Part shown: positions 8,165 to 15,276 of the stretch, one piece after another
Layout of the letters: each line of letters opens with the position of its first letter
How positions within the stretch are numbered: the first letter of the stretch is position 1
NCBI RefSeq assembly: GCF_000012925.1
Contig: NC_007517.1
Span: 2,220,001-2,252,000 of the forward strand
Origin: Geobacter metallireducens GS-15
GTDB taxonomy: Bacteria; Desulfobacterota; Desulfuromonadia; Geobacterales; Geobacteraceae
Direction: 5' to 3'
Length of the DNA: 32,000 nucleotides
Notes under the pieces: model-generated
What the model saw: only the letters and a program-made list of their open reading frames with translations
Told to the model about the DNA's origin: nothing
Databases searched by the model: none
Made by a program: the position numbers and the translations under genes

Positions 8165-10315
8165 ATGCCCCTCAATAAATTCCTCATCGTTGCCGTTTTC
8201 GTTGCCATTACCGCTGCAAGCGCCCTAGCCGGCGACAAGCTGAAGCCCTATGCTGCAACTCCAGACCGGGTTCTCGTCATCTACAACGCCGACTGGAAAA
8301 ACCGGAGTGAAGGGAGCGCCGCTGAACAGGATTCGCGGGAAGTGGCCGAGTACTTCGCGGCCATGCACGCCGACCCGAAATCCGGGAAGAAACCCTATCT
8401 CCTCGGCCTGAGTTGCCGTCACCCGGGCAAGAAACATCTGAATGACTGGGCCATCCGGGAAGCGAGCACCGATAACCGCAACGGCATCGCGTTCAGAGGC
8501 AAGGGCCCGGCCCCGGGCCGTGGTGAACTGATCCGTGATTCACGCAAGGTGGAAGTCCACATTTCAGAGCCGGACGCCGACTGGGAGACCCTCCGCATTT
8601 CCTGCCGTTCCGAGGTGACCGGAGAGGAAAAAGTCGTCCCCCCAATCTCAACGGCTTTGCAAATCAGCGGCATTCCGGCCAAACCGGGTAACGATGCCGT
8701 CTATCCTCCCCCTGCGGACGGCAAGGGCAGAAGCATCCGGCTCGACGCCACCAGGTTCTTTGCCGGAACCGTCACCGTTTCTATCACTTTGAAGAACCAT
8801 GCCGGCACGGTGCTTCGAGACCTCAAGCTCCGCTACCATGACATCCGGAACTTCATTTTCTCCCCCACCGGTCCCGATAACATTCCCGACGACAAAATCC
8901 TTGAGGAAGATCTGCTGACACCAGTGAGAACGTTCCTCGAAGACCCACGAAATGCCCTTCCCGACGGCACACGCCTCAAGGATCACATTCTCTATATCGT
9001 CGTGGTGCATGGCGTCCCCTATGCGGGAAACGGCATCTTCGGCGTCGACCACGGCGTCACCTCAAGCTGGGGCGAACACGGATCCCTCACCTCTGTCGAG
9101 CAGCGGCTGCAGACCATCTACTACCCTTGGGCAACCCTGCGGCCCCCCGTAATCTCTCTCTACAATTCCCGGGGAAAAGACTCCGACAAGGGGGTAATCA
9201 ATCACCTGATAACGACAGCCATGCGGAATCCCCTCGGGGGAGCCCGCTGGAATCCCTACATGCACCCCGACACCTACTCCTACCTGCAGAAAGGAGCGCC
9301 TCCCCCCACCTTCATCAACCTCCCTCCCTTTGAGCGGGAGCGTCGGGAAAAGAAAGGAGCCTTCTTCGCCTACGCCGTCTCACGCATTGACGGTAACACC
9401 CCCGAAGAGGCCAAGCGGCTGATTGACTACGCCGTCTACGCCTCGAAGTACCTTCGCTCCGAAATGGATGCCGAAGAGCGGGTCGACACCCTGAAACGCT
9501 TCTTGACGCCGAAGCTTTCTTCGCTCCTCGAATCGGCGGTCGTGGAGAAATCATCGGGGGGGAAAGAACTCGCTGCCCTCGGTTTCCCGATCCGAGAATC
9601 GGAGGGTGGCCAAGGGGTTCCCTTCATGGTCCGTCCCGCAAGCGACACAGCAAGCCCCGACAAATCCGGTACGAGAGACTGGCGGCGATCCGGATTCTAC
9701 CCAGGTGGGATTGAACGCTTTGTGAAAAGCTCCAACGGCCTCAACAAAAAAGACGCCGGCATCTGGCAGCTCATATCTCAGGGAGTCACCGTTACTGCGG
9801 CAGGCTCGCCAGCCGGCAGCGGCGGTCCCCACATTACCAACACAACCTTCTGGGATAACCGGGTTCTGCTGAAATATCTCTTGCGCGGCAGAGACCTTGG
9901 GGAATGCTTTCTCCGTTCCACCTATCACGTGAACTGGTCCACGTCGCTGATCGGCGATCCCCTCTTCCACCCCGACCTGAACCATACCATCGTGGACGAG
10001 ACCCCGCCGCGGGCGTCCAAGGGACTCGCTATCCAGTGGGCAGTCAGAGACGGCAAAGCCACTGCCATGGTCGGCACTGAGCTGGACTTCGATCCGAGCG
10101 CACCGGAAGTAGCCCTCATGAATGTCACCGTCACGGCAGCCGATACTCAGCCTTCCACAACCCGAACGGCTCTTTATTCGCGGAGGCCAACTATTGCCGT
10201 CACCGGCTTGAAACCCGGCAGCTCCTATCACTTCACCGCAGAACTGACCGATCCTTACGGAAATCGGTCCGTCCTGCGCGAGGTCGTCAGCGCAGCTCCC
10301 GGATCAGGGCAATAA
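8165..10315 (+). CDS. secreted protein of unknown function (possibly TIGR03790-like) with a C-terminal FN3-like domain
   Basis: Start chosen at ATG 8165 because AAGGAGAG lies 5-12 nt upstream. Sec signal is MPLNKFLIVAVFVAITAASALA/GD. Motifs VLVIYNADW...SREVAEYFAAMH, HILYIVVVHGVPY and SLIGDPLFHP resemble what I recall of the uncharacterised TIGR03790 family. The tail TIAVTGLKPGSSYHFTAELTDPYGNRS is FN3-like. Confidence 0.7.
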   Translation: MPLNKFLIVAVFVAITAASALAGDKLKPYAATPDRVLVIYNADWKNRSEGSAAEQDSREVAEYFAAMHADPKSGKKPYLLGLSCRHPGKKHLNDWAIREASTDNRNGIAFRGKGPAPGRGELIRDSRKVEVHISEPDADWETLRISCRSEVTGEEKVVPPISTALQISGIPAKPGNDAVYPPPADGKGRSIRLDATRFFAGTVTVSITLKNHAGTVLRDLKLRYHDIRNFIFSPTGPDNIPDDKILEEDLLTPVRTFLEDPRNALPDGTRLKDHILYIVVVHGVPYAGNGIFGVDHGVTSSWGEHGSLTSVEQRLQTIYYPWATLRPPVISLYNSRGKDSDKGVINHLITTAMRNPLGGARWNPYMHPDTYSYLQKGAPPPTFINLPPFERERREKKGAFFAYAVSRIDGNTPEEAKRLIDYAVYASKYLRSEMDAEERVDTLKRFLTPKLSSLLESAVVEKSSGGKELAALGFPIRESEGGQGVPFMVRPASDTASPDKSGTRDWRRSGFYPGGIERFVKSSNGLNKKDAGIWQLISQGVTVTAAGSPAGSGGPHITNTTFWDNRVLLKYLLRGRDLGECFLRSTYHVNWSTSLIGDPLFHPDLNHTIVDETPPRASKGLAIQWAVRDGKATAMVGTELDFDPSAPEVALMNVTVTAADTQPSTTRTALYSRRPTIAVTGLKPGSSYHFTAELTDPYGNRSVLREVVSAAPGSGQ

Positions 10316-12401
10316 TCCTGCCGCGAACCTCATCAAAGCTTCCAGGCGGCCATGCGCCGTAACTCCCTTCCGCTGCAGAGGGTCCGGCGCCAAGGCTTGC
10401 CCTGATGCGCTCCAGTTCCCGCTCGACGTGGACACCCCGCCCGTCGCCCCGCGACTTAGCCCTGTTAATCAGTTCACGAAGTGCCAGGATATAACGGTAG
10501 TCGTTAATGCCGTCCCGGATCGTCTCCCAGACTGGTGTAGAGATCGGACCGGCAGCGCCCGGATAGGCCACCATGACCTCGGGACCGTCCAGCACGGTGA
10601 AGGGGTTGCCATTGCTCCCCTGGCTCATCTGGTAGGTCCAGGGAACAACGCCGTTTACCCCCCAGCGCCACGCGCCGAAGCCGAAAACATAACGGGTATA
10701 GCTCAGATTCTGCCCTGTCAGTGCCCCGTTAGGATAGATCCACCACTCATGCGCTGTTTTCCTGAGTCTGTCGGCCTCAGCATCGTCATCCGGGTCGCCG
10801 GTACAGATTACATCCACTTGCGGCCAAGGGCGGGTAATCAGGGTTCTGAAACCCATCTCGCGCACGATTCGATGGAGCGTTTCGCCGACGTTAGTGCGCA
10901 CCTGGTCCCGACGGTCCGGCTCATCCACCACCTGGATCAACACCCGTTCCTTCGCAATTCCCCTTTCGCGGCACAGCCGTTCCAACTCGGAGAGAAGAGC
11001 CCGTAGACGCCGGACGGCCACCTCTTCGTCATACAACAGAATGCTCCCGGGATGTTGCGGCTTGGCTGTATGGAGCAGATGCCCGAGATACCAGACAAAG
11101 GGACCGGAAAATCCCTGACTGCGATATGACCCAAGGGCCGCCTTCAGCCCTTCGAGCACGGGTTGCCCCTTGTCGTCAGTGCGATAGAAGAAGTGGGAAT
11201 GGGGATAGGCAACGTTCATGCCGTGGGCGCGGAAATCCCGATAGATCTCCTCTCCCCGCTTGACGAGGGTTCGCCTCTCCTCAGCGCTCCATCCGGGATT
11301 ATCCAACTCGTAGAAGGCGTAATCCATCATCATGCCATAGCGGATGTCCGGATCCGGCAGCGTCAACGGCAGGACTTCAACCGTCAGTGGCAGTTCGGCA
11401 ACCGTCCCTGCATGGTTGCGAACCATCAAGGCCCCACGGTAAATGCCGGAAACCGCACCTACAGGAATGGCAACAGTGATCCAGAAACTCCGCGTCTCAT
11501 CATGACCGACCGTCACCGCGCCCTGTTCGATCAGCCGTGGTGCCCGACGCACCTGGAGCGCAGTCTGCTCCGCGTCCTCCCGAACCACTTCGTTCAAGTC
11601 TTTGACCACGCCACAGAGAACCGCCCCAGACAGTATCGAGCCACTGACGCTTCGCAGGGGCGTCACTTCAAGAGACACGACACCGAGATCCCGTTTCCCC
11701 CGCAGAGAAACCGCAACAGCCTGGGTCTCACCCCGTGCCAAGCAGATGCTCACCCCATTATCCACCGAACCCTTGCCAGGCACACTGTCACTGAAGACCC
11801 GCTCCTGGGGGCTATGGGCAAAGAGAATCCCGTCGTCGGTATCGACCCGAGCCGAGACCGAACGGATCGAATGGCTACCAGCCAGTGGTTGATCCGCAAC
11901 ACATCGGAACGGTTTGTACTCATACCCCTTTGCCACAAACCTCCGTCCAAGCTGGTTGCGTCGGAACTCGTGGAGGAGGTCGGCCACGACATGGCCGCCA
12001 GGGTCCATCACGCGTATCTGAACTGAATAAATGCCATCTGGAATGGAATAGGGACGTTCAGGATCAAGGAGGTCTGCCTGGTGGGGGATGTCGAAGCCGA
12101 AACTTCCCGTGGGGCCATCAAGCCGGCAGATAGTGTCCCGTCCGAGTGGCACCCCGTCACGGCGCAATTCCCCCTGCACTGTCAGCCGGTCATAGAGAAT
12201 GCCTCCCGCATCGACCTTGAATCCGACAATCAGGGACGAGCGCATCTGTGGCTGCCGGAGGGTAATTACACGGTCACGGAGCTGGTAGGAGACAATATGC
12301 ACTCCCGTTCGGGAACAACCCGAGACACCGGAAAAGAGGAGCACCAGAATCGCGCAGAGTGTACCGACTGCACAGAAACCAGTGCCCACATTTCTCTTCA
12401 C
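10287..12401 (-). CDS. exported lipoprotein, GH123/DUF4091-like putative glycoside hydrolase
   Basis: 704-aa ORF with a GTG start that overlaps the upstream stop (GTGA). Lipobox is LLFSGVSGC. Pattern ARGETQAVAVSL...ETRSFWITVAIPVGAVSGIYRGALMV...LPLTVEVLPLTLPDP is followed by WWIYPNG...YTRYVFGFGAWRWGVNGVVPWTYQ. This pattern is typical of GH123-N/DUF4091 proteins, by recollection only. Confidence 0.65.
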   Translation of the reverse strand: MKRNVGTGFCAVGTLCAILVLLFSGVSGCSRTGVHIVSYQLRDRVITLRQPQMRSSLIVGFKVDAGGILYDRLTVQGELRRDGVPLGRDTICRLDGPTGSFGFDIPHQADLLDPERPYSIPDGIYSVQIRVMDPGGHVVADLLHEFRRNQLGRRFVAKGYEYKPFRCVADQPLAGSHSIRSVSARVDTDDGILFAHSPQERVFSDSVPGKGSVDNGVSICLARGETQAVAVSLRGKRDLGVVSLEVTPLRSVSGSILSGAVLCGVVKDLNEVVREDAEQTALQVRRAPRLIEQGAVTVGHDETRSFWITVAIPVGAVSGIYRGALMVRNHAGTVAELPLTVEVLPLTLPDPDIRYGMMMDYAFYELDNPGWSAEERRTLVKRGEEIYRDFRAHGMNVAYPHSHFFYRTDDKGQPVLEGLKAALGSYRSQGFSGPFVWYLGHLLHTAKPQHPGSILLYDEEVAVRRLRALLSELERLCRERGIAKERVLIQVVDEPDRRDQVRTNVGETLHRIVREMGFRTLITRPWPQVDVICTGDPDDDAEADRLRKTAHEWWIYPNGALTGQNLSYTRYVFGFGAWRWGVNGVVPWTYQMSQGSNGNPFTVLDGPEVMVAYPGAAGPISTPVWETIRDGINDYRYILALRELINRAKSRGDGRGVHVERELERIRASLGAGPSAAEGSYGAWPPGSFDEVRGRIIALIRELR

Positions 12402-13102
12402 TTGGTCCCCCGCAACAGCCCCGTTCCGGCCTTGCGGTTTATCAACACACTGTCAGAGCCGGTCAAACCTTCACCATTTTCGGCAACGACACGTATTAAG
12501 TGGAGCCCTGGGGCCATCAAGCAGGTATCCACACTCGTCTCGAAGGGGGGCTTCGTCATCTTCTGCACCAAGGTTCCGTCCACCAAAACTGAAACCGCCA
12601 CTACGCCACCCGGGTTCCCTTTCCCCTTCGAGGCGATGAGTTCCACCTTGACCGGAAATGCCCCATCAACGGATGAACGGTCGGTTGGAGAGACGATACG
12701 AACGACTGGCTTGCTGTTGTCGATGGTGAAGTGCACCCGCTTCTCTGAAGCAGGCTTCGCCCCCCCCGTATAGCAATACAGAACTACCGAGGCGGGGCCG
12801 TCGGCAAAGAGCCGCGTATCGAGCTTGTACCCCTTGCCTCCCCACACGTAGGGCGGAAGTCCATACTCCCTCCAGGCGTAACGATCCTTCGCACCAGGCT
12901 CCTGGAGGTAAAACTCAACGAAATCCACAACGGAAGGGTTACTGACCCGCGCTTCGATGGAGATTTCCCCGTGAACTGTCGTCCCCTCCCTGGGCGAGAG
13001 GAATTCGATGGCAGGCGGAATGTCGGCGCCCCATGACACATCGGCCAAGGCAAGGCCTGCCAGAAGCATCCTCATTGTTAACTTCGCGGCCAACTTCGCC
13101 AT
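12398..13102 (-). CDS. secreted protein with two Ig-like (bacterial Ig fold) domains
   Basis: Signal peptide is MAKLAAKLTMRMLLAGLALADVSWG/AD. Two beta-rich repeats are present (EGTTVHGEISIEARVSNPSVVDFVEFYL and DRSSVDGAFPVKVELIA...VSVLVDGTLVQKMTKPPFETSVD). ATG 13102 is preferred; the ORF track starts at 13120, which would overlap the upstream gene. Confidence 0.6.
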   Translation of the reverse strand: MAKLAAKLTMRMLLAGLALADVSWGADIPPAIEFLSPREGTTVHGEISIEARVSNPSVVDFVEFYLQEPGAKDRYAWREYGLPPYVWGGKGYKLDTRLFADGPASVVLYCYTGGAKPASEKRVHFTIDNSKPVVRIVSPTDRSSVDGAFPVKVELIASKGKGNPGGVVAVSVLVDGTLVQKMTKPPFETSVDTCLMAPGLHLIRVVAENGEGLTGSDSVLINRKAGTGLLRGTK

Positions 13103-13104
13103 AA

Positions 13105-15276
13105 TTATATCCCCTTGCAACTGCGATACGCGTCAAGGTCAACCGGCACGGCCATGGCCGCCGGTGCCCGTTTTCCGGGTGCCCGAGTCAGATTGGCGGG
13201 AGGATGAACCTGCACGTACACCGTGTGAACACCCTTGAGCTGCGCAATGTCCCACTTCACCGAAACATTCCGGTGCTCCAGGGGAAGAAGCCGCGATATC
13301 GTCTCACGGCCGATTACTTTGCCACCTTTGGCAGGGTTGCCGTCATACACCGTCACCTCGACAGCTTCTCCTGTCCCGTGATCGTCCAGGAAAAGGCCAT
13401 AATCTGCTGAGTTGCTGAAATTGCGAACCGAAGCAACAACGGCAAGTGACTGTGAATGGTCCTTGGCCCTTTCAAAACGGATAAAGGATTCCGAGGGAAT
13501 CCGCACGTCCGGGGGATTCAACACCTTGACAATCCGCGAGAACACATTGTTGGCCTTGTCCGATTCAGCCACTCGGTTATCCGGATCCACAACGGCGTAC
13601 ACCGGCACGCCAGGATTAGCGGCCCTGCCCGCGAGCTTCCGTGTAGCCTTCCATTGCACACGGGCCAAACCGGTTCCCCCCACAGGTATACGCGATATCG
13701 TGTCTCTGCCGATTTCAACCCCGCCCTGTGCAGGATTGCCGAGATAGACAGCAACCGGCACGTTATGTGCCTCTGCTGCCCCCCGATTGGTCACCCGTGC
13801 GCTCACCGTAATCTCTTCACCCTCAAAAGGTGTTTCCTTGGAAAGCGTGATCGGCAGATCGTCGTGCCAGTTGTACGTTACCCTTACCGTTCGCCGGGCC
13901 TGAGACCCATCGGAGAAGGTTATACGGTTATCGCCCGGCCGCAGCGCCGGTAAACACCGAGGGTTATAGGCCAGCACCGATGCACTATCCAGGTGATAGG
14001 CGCCCACATCGCGGGGGGATTTCCCAGCGCGCATCCTCAGTCGCATCAGGTAAGAATATTTCCAGGGAACGTCCGTGGTCACCTGCTGGGTCTGGGCGGT
14101 TACTACCGAAGCCTTGACGGTCCCTGTCGCGTCGGCGCGCCAGAGGGAAACCCACCGCTTACCGTTGTCCGTTGAGATATCTATTGCCGCCGAATCTCCG
14201 GTCCCTTTGCGAAAAAACGACCCGGACAGTGTCGTCTCCGGTATGAAATAGGGGGTTTTGACCCGGTACACCAGCGAGGCTTCCTGCTTTGCATGTTGGG
14301 GGTGAAGGTAACCGGCTGCCGCATCCTGCCAGTCGATATTGGTAGAACTGACGAGCCCGCTCCGGCTTTGGGAGCGATCCTTGAAATCGCGGTGAAACGT
14401 GAACAGGCCGTTCCCGTAGAAAGGCGGCTCCCCAGCGGGTTCTTTTCCCCCCTCCTGGCCTCGATTGAGGCACCATTTCCCCCGGCTTTGCCAGTCAAGG
14501 GTCAGAACATCCCCCTTTGCCATGGTGAAGTCGTTCGTATAAACCGGCGAGCGGCCGTGCCCGTTCGGATGCATGGTCATGTAATAGTATTTCTTGCCGG
14601 CCTTGCGCGACGAACCGCGCCGCAGCATTGTCCAGAGCTCCACATTGTCGTTAAGCTCATCGAGGCTCGCAATGGTCCGGTTGTCCTTCAGGAGAAAATA
14701 GGTTCGCGTATCGGCGTCAATGTAGTGCCAGTCATTGTTGTAGTAGACTTCGGTCGCGGCATGGTTGCCGATATTGACGTGACGTGCTGTAAGCCCGGCG
14801 GTCCACCAGAGGGATTCCAGCACCGCCGCATAGGTTCCGCAGTAGCCGTAGCCGTACACATTCAGGTGTTCCAGCCCATCCAGGCTCGTCCCCCATCTGC
14901 CGTGGTAGCAGGAGTCCATGACAAACCTCCAGAGGGCCAGGGCCTTTTCCTCGGCAGTCATGCCGGGTGCCACCACGCCGGCAACGACTGACGCAAGACT
15001 TGAACAGTCAACCGAGCCACTGGAGCGGAGGCGGGGGGTGAGTGATTCACCTTCGTTCACTTCGATACGGATCGATGAGTTTTCAAGGGGAGCGTCGGAA
15101 GGCGTATGAATGGAGAAAGAATGCTGCTGCGCGGTGATAAGTTCTGAGTAGCTCCGATCACCACCTTCAAGGGTCAGGTCGGGCAGGACCGGCTTGCCTG
15201 AACAAGCCGCGCCCCCCATGATTACCAGGAACGCCGCCATGGCTGTCAACCGTATGCTCCGACACATAATTTTCAT
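13105..15276 (-). CDS. exported lipoprotein with a transglutaminase-like cysteine-protease core plus two CARDB domains
   Basis: Lipobox is IMGGAAC. The TGase-like core YGYGYCGTYAAVLESLWWTAGLTARHVNIGNHAATEVYYNNDWHYIDAD carries Cys146 (14839-14841), His172 (14761-14763) and Asp187 (14716-14718). The first CARDB-like repeat is EITVSARVTNRGAAEAHNVPVAVYLGNP...AVVDPDNRVAESDKANN and the second is ASVRNFSNS...VTVYDGNPAKGGKVIGRETI. Confidence 0.8.
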   Translation of the reverse strand: MKIMCRSIRLTAMAAFLVIMGGAACSGKPVLPDLTLEGGDRSYSELITAQQHSFSIHTPSDAPLENSSIRIEVNEGESLTPRLRSSGSVDCSSLASVVAGVVAPGMTAEEKALALWRFVMDSCYHGRWGTSLDGLEHLNVYGYGYCGTYAAVLESLWWTAGLTARHVNIGNHAATEVYYNNDWHYIDADTRTYFLLKDNRTIASLDELNDNVELWTMLRRGSSRKAGKKYYYMTMHPNGHGRSPVYTNDFTMAKGDVLTLDWQSRGKWCLNRGQEGGKEPAGEPPFYGNGLFTFHRDFKDRSQSRSGLVSSTNIDWQDAAAGYLHPQHAKQEASLVYRVKTPYFIPETTLSGSFFRKGTGDSAAIDISTDNGKRWVSLWRADATGTVKASVVTAQTQQVTTDVPWKYSYLMRLRMRAGKSPRDVGAYHLDSASVLAYNPRCLPALRPGDNRITFSDGSQARRTVRVTYNWHDDLPITLSKETPFEGEEITVSARVTNRGAAEAHNVPVAVYLGNPAQGGVEIGRDTISRIPVGGTGLARVQWKATRKLAGRAANPGVPVYAVVDPDNRVAESDKANNVFSRIVKVLNPPDVRIPSESFIRFERAKDHSQSLAVVASVRNFSNSADYGLFLDDHGTGEAVEVTVYDGNPAKGGKVIGRETISRLLPLEHRNVSVKWDIAQLKGVHTVYVQVHPPANLTRAPGKRAPAAMAVPVDLDAYRSCKGI

